Assembly: GCF_006345805.1 (NCBI RefSeq)
Contig: NW_021834487.1
Coordinates: 62,001-126,000, forward strand
DNA: 64,000 bases
Reading direction: 5' to 3'
DNA from: Octopus sinensis
Lineage: Eukaryota
How positions within the stretch are numbered: the first letter of the stretch is position 1; each line of letters starts with the position of its first letter. A model generated the notes under the pieces. The model ran no database searches. It saw nothing but the letters and a program-made list of their open reading frames with translations, and was not told the origin of the DNA. The position numbers and the translations under genes were made by a program. Shown one piece after another: positions 1-12,523 of the stretch.

Positions 1-807
1 TATTGCTGCTTCTAGTATTATAATTGATATTGCATCTTATTTTGATACAATCGAATCAGTACTTGATTTATAGTTTATTAGTTTTATCGACCCCGGAGAG
101 ATGCAAAGCAAATTAGACAACCCGTAGATATTGAAAGGAATCTAGATAGGAATCATGGCAAAAATTTCAATTAAATTCGATTCATTTCCAAACTAAAAAT
201 TAAGCTATAAAATTAACCAGTACGTTTTTAAAATACTCTTATAAACAACGGTATCTAACTCTAGAAGAACACTCATATAACATTTTAAAATGATTTGTGG
301 ACCTATTTTAGATGAGTATATAAATGTGAGCAGATGAGGTCTTGTCTTTTTAAGATACATAAAACCTTAAAGATGGTATTATTCGTTTATAACCGTGAAA
401 CTCGAAGTGGATAATGCTAAAAAGTAATAGACTACAAATATTGGGTTAAAATACCTTATGATTGAAAAAGTTGCCCATAAGAATCGAACCCAAATCTTCA
501 GCCAAACATGGGAGAGGTTCTACCATTGATTCCAAAGCAAATCTTCGAAATATTCGTTCCATTGAAGAAGCTTCGTTCTTATCACCCAGAATCGTTCGCT
601 GTTTACGCCATGACAATTTAGAAACTTGAATCGAAAGTGAATAATCAATAAACATGTTATAAAGACTGGCTTTTAACATCCTATTTAAACCCAATCCGAT
701 TAAAAACTCAAACACTCTTTGTCATATTCTGAGAACACAATTTCAAGGGAGAGAATTCTCCAGTAGTTACTTCTATGTAATTGAAAAAGAAGTATTATGA
801 AAGCTTG

Positions 808-1027
808 TCTTTTATCTTTTAATAACTTCAGCCTTTAAAGTGCGGCCATACTGTAGCAATGCCTTGAAGAGTTTTAAATGATTCGATCCTTGTACACTTT
901 TTAAGCAAGGTACATATATTAATGGCCACTTTTGCCGAACCGCTAAGTTACGAGAACATATGACTGGTGTCAAGCGATTGTGGGGGACAAACACAGAAAC
1001 TAAATCTCATACACACGCAGACACACA

Positions 1028-1070
<43 letters not shown>

Positions 1071-1382
1071 GCGCCGAACACACATTGTAATCCTTGGATG
1101 GAATTTATAAATATTTTAATGGCATCGCCAGGTATCATCATTAGGCAGTAACTGGCATATTGGAATACAAGCTTTTATATTCGAAACATTTCCTTTAACG
1201 AACTTAAAGGATATATGTGTGCGTGTATGCAACGTGCTGCCTTCAGTTTCCACCTACCCAAACCATTCGCAGGGTTTTGGCCGGCCCGAGGTTAGAGTAG
1301 AAGATACATGCCCAAGGTGTCATGCAGTGGGACTGAACCAAGAGGCATTAAGAAACAAATTTCTTATCACACAGCCACACAT
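808..1382 (-). mobile_element. SINE A, diverged copy with internal (CA)n and a ~130 bp insert
   Basis: Reverse-strand matches to the family tail (CTTTTGCCGAACCGCTAAGTTAC) and head (CCCAAGGTGTCATGCAGTGGGACTGAACC) seen in other copies in the window. Confidence 0.75.
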
Positions 1383-1528
1383 ACTTAAATTATAAATCTA
1401 GTGTGCTCGACCACAAGAAATTGATAACTTACAACGGCTAACACCTATAGTTTATTTTGTGGGACTTTATTATCAGTTTAGGAAGAAAATATATAGTAGA
1501 CTCCATAAATGTTGCTATTTCAGACTGA

Positions 1529-1705
1529 AGTAGCTTGCTTACCAACCACATGGTTCCGGGTTCATTCCCACTGCGTGGCACCTTGGGCAAGTGCATTCTA
1601 CTATAGCCTCGCGCCAAACAAAGCCTTGTGAGTGGATTTGATAGACAGAAACTGAAGGAAGTTTGTCGTATATATGTTTACACACACGCACACACACATA
1701 CATAT

Positions 1706-1780
<75 letters not shown>

Positions 1781-2037
1781 ATATATGTATATGTTTGTGT
1801 ATATATGTATGTATGTATGTATGTGAGTGTATATGTTTGTGTGCCTGTGTTTGTACCCCCAACATCGCTTGGCAACCGATGGTGGTGTGTTTACGTCCCC
1901 CTAACTTAGCGGTTCGGCAAAAGAGACCGATAGAATAAGTACTAGGCTTACAAAGAATAAGTCCTGGGGTCGATTGGCTCGACTAAAGGCGGTGCTCCAG
2001 CATGGGCGCAGTCAAATGAGTGAAACAAATAAAAGAG
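1529..2037 (+). mobile_element. SINE A, slightly 5'-truncated
   Basis: B-box-like GGTTCATTCCC head, internal TA/TG microsatellite, tail GGCGGTGCTCCAGCATGG...TGAAACAAATAAAAGAG. Confidence 0.9.
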
Positions 2038-2442
2038 AACGAAGAGAGAATATATATATATTTATCTTGTGTGATATGTTTAAGTGAATAACTTAAATAC
2101 GTGAAATCTAAAATTGAAAAAGGAAATAAAAAGTGTTCTTTAAAACATTCGGTATCATGTGAAACATGTAATATAAATTGGTAAAATTTCGTGGTTATTA
2201 TTTATTTAATACATAGCATGTTACTATGCTTTTGTGATTAAGGATATAAAATTAGTATTTTTTGGAAGGAAAATAGAGGAACAATAAAATTGTTGGTTGT
2301 AATTAAGGGGCGGGGGTGGAAGTAGAATGTGTTGGAGAAAAAATATACAAAGCTAATTTAGCTGCCGATAAACTTTTGGAAATGTGATTAAATGATAGAG
2401 AAACAATATATTGATGAAATTAAATAAAAAAAAGGATATGTA

Positions 2443-2645
2443 GGCGCAGGAGTGGCTGTGTGGTAAGTAGCTTGCTTACCAACCACATGGTTCCGGGTTC
2501 AGTCCCACTGCGTGGCACATTGGGCAAGTGTCTTCTACTATAGCCTCGGGCCGACCAAAGCCTTGTGAGTGGATTTGGTAGACGGAAACTGAAAGAAGCC
2601 CGTCGTATATATGTAATATATGTATCTATCTATCTATCTATATAT

Positions 2646-2685
<40 letters not shown>

Positions 2686-2928
2686 GTGTGTGTGTGTGTG
2701 TGTGTATGTTTGTGTGTCTGTGTTTGTCCCACAACGTCGCTTGACAACCGATGCTGGAGTGCTTATGTCCCCGTCACTAAGCGGTTCGGCAAAATATACC
2801 AATAGAATGAGTGCTAGGCTTACGAAGAATAAGTCCTGGGGTCGATTTCTTCGACTAAAGGTGGTGCTCTAGCATGGCCGCAGTCAACTGACTGAAATAA
2901 GTAAAAGAGTAAAAGAGAGAGTAAAGAG
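2443..2928 (+). mobile_element. SINE A, full length
   Basis: Head GGCGCAGGAGTGGCTGTGTGGTAAG (A box) and GGTTCAGTCCC (B box), internal microsatellite, AAAAGAGT tail repeats. Confidence 0.92.
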
Positions 2929-2960
2929 TATCTAGATTGTAATAAATGTAGTCTAATTTT

Positions 2961-3141
2961 AAGGTGGCAAGCTAGTAGAAAGGTGAACATGCCGGTACTG
3001 GACTTTGAAAGCTAGTAAATATTGGATTCGATTGTACGTCTAAACCCTTCATGTGGTGGTGCCCCACTATGGCTGCAGTCCAATAACTGAAACTAGTAAA
3101 GATAAAATAGTAAAGATAAAATATAGTAAAGATAAAATATA
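2961..3141 (+). mobile_element. Short chimeric or deleted SINE: B-like head joined to A-like tail
   Basis: AAGGTGGCAAGCTAGTAGAA resembles the B head; GGTGCCCCACTATGGCTGCAGTC...ACTGAAAC resembles the A tail; ends in three TAGTAAAGATAAAA units. Confidence 0.5.
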
Positions 3142-3596
3142 AGTTAACTCACGATATACAAGCATTCTAGGAAAGCAAGGGTTATGTGATGGCGAGATTT
3201 GGAATACGATAGAAAAAAAGTATTAACGGCTGCAGTGTGAATAAATGCAAGATTTCATAGGACTATTTTCGTTTTTTGTTTTAGTTTTTTTTCTTTTTAA
3301 AGTTATAGAGATACATTAGCCATTAGTTAAAACTTCCTTGGTACATAATCCATAAGTTAAGAAATAAAAATTTTGTATTAACTGCGTGGAGAGGTTATAC
3401 AATGTTAGTAATGGAATTTTAAAAAATGGTTTGTATATCAAGTAGGAATACGTTTAAATTTGGCTAAATTTGCGATGTCTACGAAATTTAGTATAATGGT
3501 CATAATGTAAAATATTGGTGCGTACTATGGAAACGTTGATATCGGAGTTTATTTTGTGAAATATGTTATCTGAATAGTTGGATGGTATAAAGTGAA

Positions 3597-4031
3597 TCTT
3601 TTATCTTTTTATTATTTTAGTCATTAGACAGCGTGGATACTGGGGTATCACCTTGTAGAATTTTAATCGAACTAATGGACGCCAATAGTTAACATTTTTT
3701 TAAGCCTGGTACTTATTTTATTGGTCTCTTTTCTGCAACCACTAAGTTACGGGGACGTAAACTCACCACCACACCGGTTGTCAAGCGCTGGAGGAAGAAG
3801 CACAAACCTAAACACACACACACATATATACACATACACATACTCACACACACATACACTCCTATACATGACAGGCTTCTCTCAGTTTCTGTCTACCATA
3901 TACACTTACATGGCTTTGATTGACACGAGGTTATTGTAGGAGACATTGCCCAAGGTACCACACAGTGTGACTGAACCCGGAACCATGTGGTTGGAAAGTA
4001 GACTTCTCACCAAAGAGCCATGCCTGCACCT
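3597..4031 (-). mobile_element. SINE A, diverged full-length copy
   Basis: Reverse-strand head ends at CCATGCCTGCACCT; tail block GTTACGGGGACGTAAAC present. Confidence 0.8.
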
Positions 4032-4198
4032 ATATGTAACAAAAATAAAAGGAAATCGAAAAACAACAAAGACAAAGATTATCTAATGCTGTTATAGAAA
4101 CTGTAAGCACCGAAATAAAGATGCATGTATGCATACACACATACATACATACATACATACATACATACATACATACATACATACATACATACATACCT

Positions 4199-4418
4199 AT
4201 TTCTTTACTATCCACAAGGGGCTAAACACAGAGAGGACAAACAAGGACAGACATAGGTATTAAGTCGATTATATCGACTCCAGTGCGTAACTGGTACTTA
4301 TTTAATCGACCCCGAAAGGATGAAAGGCAAATTCGACCTCGGCGGAATTTGAACTCGGAACGTAACGGCAGACGAAATACCGCGAGGCATTTCGTCCGGC
4401 ATGCTAACGATTCTACGC
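4199..4418 (-). mobile_element. SINE B (CORE-like centre, B1 tail)
   Basis: TCGACCCCGAAAGGATGAAAGGCAAATTCGACCTCGGCGGAATTTGAACTC block; tail reads CCCCTTGTGG...AAAGAAATA on the minus strand. Confidence 0.9.
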
Positions 4419-5439
4419 GCTGGTAACGATAATTCGAAAGGGGCCAATTTTCTCCACCTACTAAATAATATTCACAATAGGTTGATAGATCGATAGACAC
4501 ATAGTCAGATAGATATATTGATAGATAGGGAGAGCAAGACAGAGAAGGAGGTAGACAGAGACAGGGAGGAAGACAGAGAGAATTATAAAGATATAAACAC
4601 GAAGGAAAAGAATTTAGCTGTCCTAAAATAGTTAAGGTAAAACAAATTTTGGTAATTATAAGATGTATATCTGTCGAGTTAAATTTTTAGCCACTAATAT
4701 TTACAATAAATATTAAACTTGAAACTATTTTTTCCCAATACCTCTTGAATAAACAACTCCATCTTATATATTAATGAGTTTACGCCAAATTAACGATATC
4801 ACATTCTTGGTCAAGCAACTTCGATATGTGTGTGTATGTGCTTGTGTGTGTGTGTGTGTGTGTGTATGTTTATGCTTGTGTGTGTGTGTGTGTGTGTGGT
4901 GTGTGTGTGTGTTGTGTGTGTGTGTGTGTGTGGTGTGTGTGTGTGTGTGTCTATGTGTGTCTGTGTGTGTGTAAGATCCAGAAATCCAAGTGTAGGAAGT
5001 TTGGAAGATTCATGTAGTCCGTGACAGGTATAGAAAACAAAAAGGGTACAGGGTAAGGACAGGAGCAATTACACTTTATTGGTGTCGAAGGTTACACGCT
5101 TTTTCCCATATTGAAGTTGCGAGGAAATTCGATCTTCTGAAAATTTCTTTAAGCTGTCGGTTAGCAGCTCTAGTTAGCTATAAATGCGAATAAAGGTCCA
5201 AATTAAAGGAGCGGAATGGGTAAAAATTTGGCTGCATGTGTTTCTTATTTTGCTGATCCTTTGTTGTAATAATTATTCAACGAGTAATTACTCGTTGATT
5301 AATTATTAAATCAGAAGATCCGCTAGCTAAGAAAGATATATAACCCGGACTTTAATCGCTCCACCTCCCTAAATTTGGATGTGTGTGTGTGTGTGTGTGT
5401 ATGTGTGTGTGTGTGTGTGTATGTTTGTGTGTGTGTTCA

Positions 5440-6060
5440 ATTTTTTAATTGTTATAAAGCTTCCGCTGAAGAGGGAGCTGGTTTCCAACAAAGTTACAAG
5501 ACTCAATCTTTGGAATGTACTTAACACAGACAAATTCACATTTGGAACTTGAGAAAAGTCTTCCATATTTTTACTGTTCCACTCATAGATTGCACTTATA
5601 ATGTACGAATTAGCGGGTCGATTTCTTTCTGAAAATCCCAGTTTATCCACATTCTTCTTTAAGCATTTACTAACAAAACTTAGCGCTCCAATTATTAGTA
5701 GTATCAATATGAATTCACAGTCTGGATACATTAGCTGGAGGTTTCGAAACAGTTGGCCATAGATAGCCTATTTTTCTTTGGTTTTTAAAGAGATATTTAT
5801 ATGTGCAGGGCAGCTGACCTCTATGATGGTACATACCTTTGTCCCTCTGTCCCAAACAACAATATCCGGCCTGTCATATTTACATTTGACAGAAGTTTTC
5901 ACCAGTATTGCTTGAGTTTATGAATGTATTCCAGCGCAGAGGGATTTTCTAATTTTATTTAGGACAGTCTTCTTTGAAGATGACATTGTAAATTGTTTTA
6001 GTGACATCATCATGCCGCATAGGGAGGTAGTTCCGTGACGACATTTTAGGACAGCTGTTA
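5440..6060 (-). mobile_element. Decayed 3' end of an RLE-type non-LTR retrotransposon (R4/Dong/NeSL-like)
   Basis: Hand translation across frameshifts: SCPKMSSRNYLPMRHDDVTKTIYN (end of CCHC knuckle, RHD motif); KYDRPDIVVWDRGTKVCTIIEVSCPA (PD-(D/E)xK-type nuclease); IIGALSFVSKCL; GTVKIWKTFLKFQM* with stop at 5538-5536. A ~95 nt 3' UTR then runs into (CA)n. Confidence 0.85.
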
Positions 6061-7273
6061 GTACCTATATATGTATTTATAAGTTAGTACATTTGTATTT
6101 TCTAATTATTTCTGTGACAAACCGGAAGCCGAAACTTGGATACCGCAATCTGATGGCAGTTTTCAGCGGTAATAACTAAAATATATAATTCTTTAGTAAC
6201 TTATAGACTGATTTTGAGTTCTATGCAGAAAATTCGAGTTTTTTCTTTCTTCTAATAAACTCGCACACTGTCTGTCTCCCTCATATGACACGCATACACA
6301 TGCATACGCACAGGAACACACACTTACACACACGCGTATATATAAGAGGAGAGTGTATGAACATGGGAGAGAGAAAAATCAGAGACGGAGAAAGAAAGAG
6401 AGATTCATAGAAAAATCCATATTTGGGTGACACCTAATAATATCTGTAGCTTCAAAATTACAGTATTTATGTTAAAGCCACCGGGGTAACTGTATGACAT
6501 ATAAAATATGCATACATATACACATACATGAATACAAACACACATATAAACACACATATTAATATATACATATGTGTTTTAATGTATATATTATGTAAGT
6601 AAGTATTTGTATCTATCTGTCTGTATAAGTATGTACTGGAATAATTTTCATTATTCTTTCTAATATTCTAAGAAATAAGTAAAACGCTTCTGAAAAATTT
6701 CATATTAATATTATTCCGTGTGAATTACTAAACAATATATATATATTTGTCTCCAACTTATGGAAATTTCATGTTATTCACACATCTTGATATCTCGTTA
6801 ACAATTTGCAAATTTTCATATTGTGAATGGTTTACATTCTAGTCTCGTATATAAAACGACGGTAGGCCTGTCTCTCAGTTCGGTTTCCAAAGCGGTATAA
6901 AGGCATTCACTATCTCGTGTTATACTTAAGACTTAAGGAAAGCGATACGAACGACATCATGCCCATCATGTTACTCGGCTGGGCACCACTGCTTGGTTGA
7001 TAAATATCTTCACTAGAGTTCACCGTATTGCAAATCCTTCGATCAACCTCATATTTTCCAACTTCTTCTGGTTATCAATCCAACAGTCTCATATAGATTT
7101 TCTAGTTGGGAGACCACGTAAAATCTCATTATTCTCAGCGAAGGCCTTTCTGTAATGAGTAACCAAAGAAAATTTCTATGTGGATATACGGTTGTATTGT
7201 TTGATTACTGAAATTCCATTTCGTCAGATCAGTTTTGAATATCTGGCCCATATATATATATATATACAAGGCT

Positions 7274-7420
7274 TGAGGGCGCGTGTGCTAGTGATTAGGA
7301 TGTTGCACTCAAGTTATTGCGATCGTGATTTCAATCCCTAGACGGGGTGGGGCATTGTGTTCTTGAGCAAAACACTTCATCTCATGTTGTTCTGTGATCA
7401 CTTCGATACCTGACGCGTAG
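7274..7420 (+). mobile_element. SINE E fragment
   Basis: GAGGGCGCGTG head and TTGTGTTCTTGAGCAAAACACTT block match the full copy at 47414. Confidence 0.65.
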
Positions 7421-7799
7421 CCATGCTTCAATCATTTTGAGGGCACTCACTCAGAAGAATTGAGATCGAAAAGGACGAATACAATACGCGGTTCAGACAA
7501 TTTCACACAACTGTGTTTCATAGAATCGTGAAGTTCAGGGTGATGATAAAAATACTAGATAATAATACTAGAAGAGGTTTGGCAATGTCACATACAAACT
7601 TGCTCATGACAGACAGATAAACATTTGAAATACAAACCCAATGCTTAAAACGTGATTCACTGCCAACTGTTATATCTAGCTTAGAAACGCTTAATTATGG
7701 ACAAGGTACACTCCAAATAGAAATGACGGAAATAGTATTACAGTGATGTTCAGCATGATGTTTGTTTTCATTGAGTAGACTTATGTTGAAAAGCGTTTA

Positions 7800-8146
7800 A
7801 ATTATAATAGCAACATCGACAGGTCGGTAAATAAGTATATTATCAAATTTCGTTTTGGGATTTGGTTTGCAATATTCTTTATATGAGTTCGTGTGTTGAA
7901 GCATTTTCTGTTGTGTCTGGGGAGAGTCATTTTCTTTTTCTGCCTTGCAATTTAACACACTCACCGGTAAAATTTCCACTTATTTCTTATTTTTATTTTT
8001 ATTTTTTATAATCAAGACAATTGAAAAGGTTGCAAGACGCAAACGAAAATTTTAGGAAGATAAAAATGAGAAATAAGTGGAAATTTTACCGGTGAGTGTT
8101 GAATTATAAGGCACAAAAAGAAAATGACTGTCCCCAGACACAACAG
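7800..8146. repeat. Inverted-repeat element (~85 bp arms) with an HHR-like motif in the spacer
   Basis: 7908-7990 and 8063-8146 are reverse complements at roughly 90% identity; the spacer holds TTGAAAA-g-GTTGC...GCAAAC-GAAA-ATTTT at 8021-8053. Confidence 0.85.
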
Positions 8147-8988
8147 TATATTATCAATGATTTACAGTAAAATTTGAGGTAAGCTTGGTTGAATTTCTAG
8201 CAGTTCTAGTTACCATAGAAAGGTTTCCCAATTACTATATACTAATGTTTTTTAACGTTCTTTACCATTCTGTTTTCAAATCCCGACGGGATTATCTTAT
8301 CCCGGACCTTTACGTGCACGAAACTTAAGAATGATTTAAATACTATCCTAAGTTAAACAAACAGTGCTCTTCTCTCAAACTATATAGCTCATTGCCTCTA
8401 TCTGGAACCTCTATTACTTACTTCGTCTTTACTCAATTCTACTTCTATTATGTACTATACACACACACACACACACACCACACTTAGACATACACAGATA
8501 TTGAATACATATATTTGTATTATATAAGCATAGACGTATGTTCGTATATGTATGCCTATATTCTCGTTTATGTATGTTTGTATACGTCCCAGAGTATTTG
8601 TCCTCGTTGATTATTTAAATGTTGTGTGTTTGTTTCCCTTTTCCCCTTGCAGCAAACAAAGAAATCCTCATTATTAATTGTATTAATATTTATTAATATA
8701 TTTTCTTTTGTTGTTGTTATCGTATTTATCGTGAAAAGACGTGTCTCGAAGCAGCTCGTGTTTGAATTCTTTTAATATTTGTATTCTCCAGCGTAAGATA
8801 AAATTTGCTGCTTTTATTGTAATGCTATTATATGAAGGAAGAAGTGCAAACCTTCACTGTTAATATATATATATATATATCTAGTGTGTGTGTGGTGTGT
8901 GTGTTGTAAAATGTAATCTATTTATATATATCTATACATATATCTATATATGTATATATATATATGTTTATACATACATATATATATA

Positions 8989-9034
<46 letters not shown>

Positions 9035-9073
9035 AACATATATATATATATGTATCTATTTGTATATGTGCGA

Positions 9074-9105
<32 letters not shown>

Positions 9106-10083
9106 ATATATATTAGAAATATATATACATGTGTGTGTGTGTTTAGGGGGCGATATATTGTTAATTGTTATGTTTCTGCTGTGAGACAGATATTCATTTC
9201 AACATGGCTGCGATGGCGATGTTGGACGATGATTCTCATTATGGCGGAGCCAACTTTCTCCTTTAAAGCATAGGAAAGTGAATACGATTCTTTTGTGCAT
9301 CGGAAACAATTGTCCCAATAGCAGCAATAATTCCGACATTGATAATAATACCGACAACAACACTGTTATGGAACAATAATGACTTATATACTAGGAAAAT
9401 TGATAATAGTATGGTACACATATGAGACAATAATAACAAGAACAGCAGCGACATGAAGAACAACAGGGATTAACACTGGTTACAGGAACAGCAGAAATTA
9501 CTGCGGTAGTGAAAATTAAGACGACGAAAATACGGATTATCGACATACGACGCTTCAGCGTAGCTATGCTGAAACCTTAAAATTGTGGGCGAAAAATATG
9601 GAGAGCGTATTAGGTTGCAGACAGCCAGCAGTATTCGTTTAAAAAGAATGCTGTTTAAAATGGAGAACATATAAAAGACAAATGCGTTCATATGCATTTC
9701 CCATAAATCAAGGTGACTTGAAAAGTACCTCGAGGAAATATCGAAGACATTATTAATGAAGCCAGCCAAGCATAAATTATGTGAGAAATAACACTTCTTT
9801 GGCTGATTGGGCGCTCACTCAGAAGAATAGAGATCGAAAAAGACGAATAAAATACACGGTCCAGACAATTTCACACAACTGCGTTTCATAGAATCGTGAA
9901 GTTCGGGGTGATGATAATATTACTATAGGGGGGGGGGTAAGTTATTTAATTACAGCTGTCTGTAGGAAACATACTGGTGGGAGGAGGGATCCGTTGAAGA
10001 CTGGAATACGTCTGAGTTAATGGGAAAACCAGACGAATACAGAGGCATCCTAGTTACTCAATACATATATATATATGTATGTC

Positions 10084-10311
10084 GGCGAGCTGGCAGAAAC
10101 GTTAGTGCGCGGGGCGAAGCACTTAGCGGTATTTCGTCTGTCGTTACGTTCTGAGTTCAAATTCCGCCGAGGCCGACTTTGCCTTTCATCCTTTCGGGGT
10201 CGATAAATAATGTACCAGTTTCGCACTGGGGTCCATGTAATCGACTTAATCTGTTTGCCTGTCCTTGTTTGTCCCCTCTATGTTTAGCCCCTTGTGTGTA
10301 GTAAAGAAATA
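10084..10311 (+). mobile_element. SINE B, full length, B1 tail
   Basis: GGCGAGCTGGCAGAAACGTTAG head, GAGTTCAAATTCC B box, CORE-like block, tail AGCCCCTTGTG...AAAGAAATA. Confidence 0.92.
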
Positions 10312-10384
10312 TATATGTATGTATATATGCATATATTTATATATTATATTATATATTATATATATATATATATATATATGTAAA

Positions 10385-10812
10385 TTTACTCTCTTTCCTC
10401 TCTGTTACTTGTTTCAGTCATTTGACTGCGGCCATGCTGGATCACCGCCTTTAGTCGAGCAAATCGAACCCGGGACTTACTCTTTGTAAGCCTAGTACTT
10501 ATTCTATCGGCCTCTTTTGCCGAACCGCTAAGTTACGAGAACATAAACACACCAGTATCCGTTGCCAAGCAATATTGACAGGACAAACACACACATACAA
10601 ACACAGACACACACACACACACACACACACACAAATATACATACATATATATATATATGACGGGCTTCTTTTAGTTTCCGTCTATCAAATCCACTCACAA
10701 GGCTTTGGTCGGTCCGAGGCTATAGTAAAAGACTCTTGCCCAAGATGCCACGCAGTGGGATGGAACCCAGTGGCTGGTAAGCAAGCTACTTACCACACAG
10801 CTACTCCTGCGC
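10385..10812 (-). mobile_element. SINE A, full length
   Basis: Reverse complement of the family head, microsatellite and tail. Confidence 0.9.
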
Positions 10813-10951
10813 ACGTTCTGAGTTCAAATTCCGCCGAGGTCGACTTTACCTTTCATCCTTTCGGGGTCGATAAATTAAGTACCAGTTTCGCAAGTTGTCT
10901 ATCCTTGTTTGTCCCCTCTGTGTTTAGCCCCTTGTGGGTAGTAAAGAAATA
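10812..10951 (+). mobile_element. SINE B, 5'-truncated, abutting the head of SINE A
   Basis: Starts ACGTTCTGAGTTCAAATTCCGCCGAGG; ends GTAAAGAAATA. Confidence 0.88.
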
Positions 10952-11204
10952 TATATATATAATATATAAATACTTTATTAATAAAGCCGCAAAGACATCA
11001 TAAAAACTGGTACTCGGAGTTCCACTTTCGTGTTTGTCGGACATATATATCTAGGTAAAGCGATAGGGAGGGGGGATACAAAATCGAACGTGTGAGAAAC
11101 TGACGTAGAGAGAGAGAGAGAAGGGGTGGGAGATAAAAGACAAAAAATAAAGCCATGACAAAGAGAGCAATAGAAAAAGAGGAAGTCTACGCATGCGCGT
11201 GCAC

Positions 11205-11386
11205 ACACCTCCATTACCACTACTGTACCCCCACCACTATTAAAACTACCACTACGAATACTACTACAAAAACCAGCCACCTGCTATTAGTATTACTACT
11301 AATACTACCCCACCACTACTAATACTACCACAACGACCACTAATACTACTACTACTACTACTACTACCAAAACTACCACCTGCTAT

Positions 11387-11419
<33 letters not shown>

Positions 11420-11585
11420 CGCCAACACTGCTACTACTACCACCGCCTCCACCATTACCACTACTACCACCACCACCACCACTACGACTCCTACTACCAA
11501 AACCACCACCACTGCCACTACTACTACGACGACGACGGCAACGACGACGACGGCGACAACGACGGCGACGACATCTACTATTGTT
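11205..11585. repeat. Compound trinucleotide low-complexity tract (ACT/ACC/ACG)n
   Basis: Interrupted ACT, ACC and ACG runs with frame changes. Confidence 0.85.
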
Positions 11586-12037
11586 ATTGTTAGCCATCTC
11601 AAGATATGTGTTATCTATAAGTATTTCGTATTTACGTTGCATTGTTGTACTGTCAATGTGGGCAAGGTGTATAGTGTAACCTAGAAATGCACTTAGGAAA
11701 AACTTTCCCTGAAAGAAGGGTTTTGGGGAAGAGGTGACGGGACGTGTAAAATCATCTCGTTTGTTTATTACCGTTTCACTGTCATGCCTTACCCCCCAGT
11801 TTCTATCTGACCTGATTGCTACGTCACTCATGCGCTTCTAGCATGAATGGACGCGATTCACCATGTGACGAGTTAGATATTAACTCTGTGCTGATGATGA
11901 TATGCAGATAGGTGTTAAGTACTGAAGCTAAGATATCTCCTGAGATTCCTAGACGCTGAAATCGTTGCGATCGTTATGGTCGTTGTTATTCTTGCGGTCG
12001 TTGAAATCATTATTCTCGCTGTTATCATAATTACCGT

Positions 12038-12236
12038 TTTACTTGATTCAGTCATTTGAGTGCGGCCATGCTGGACCACCGCCTTTAGTCTAGCAAATCG
12101 AACCCGGGACTTATTCTTTGTAAGCCAGCCTAATGCTTATTGTATCGATTTCTTTTGCCGAACCGCTAGGTTTACTGGGACGTAAGCACAACAGCATCGG
12201 TTGTCAAGCGATGTTGGAGGGACAAACACAGACACA

Positions 12237-12287
<51 letters not shown>

Positions 12288-12431
12288 TTGTTTCTCTCCT
12301 TGTTTTTTCTGTGTCCCTTTCTGTAGAAGAGTGTAGGCTCGAAACGTAAAAGATTGTTTCAATTCCTGAGCGTTATACTAATACATCGTTTGTTTGTACA
12401 CCACATGTCTTCGTCTTTTGTCTTTCGTCTT

Positions 12432-12475
<44 letters not shown>

Positions 12476-12489
12476 TATATATTATATAT

Positions 12490-12523
<34 letters not shown>

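Noticed and set aside
446-715. 89 aa minus-strand ORF with a plausible donor (AAG|GTATTT)
   Set aside because: No convincing in-frame acceptor and no recognisable homology; may be a decayed TE. A BLASTx search would decide.
5369-5731. ORF resembling a secreted or membrane protein (MYPDCEFILILLIIGALSF)
   Set aside because: It is the internal hydrophobic strand of an RLE endonuclease domain; the real frame shifts and ends at 5536.
6860-7200. Possible exon or transposase fragment on the minus strand
   Set aside because: Only short open stretches, no clear motif and no paired splice sites.
9170-9800. Coding-looking segment with short hydrophobic ORFs
   Set aside because: Stops in all frames, partly decayed AAT/AAC repeats, and no motif recognised.
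11205-11831. Val-, Gly/Ser- or Thr-rich (mucin-like) ORFs
   Set aside because: A trinucleotide tract with frame changes and no supporting splice structure.
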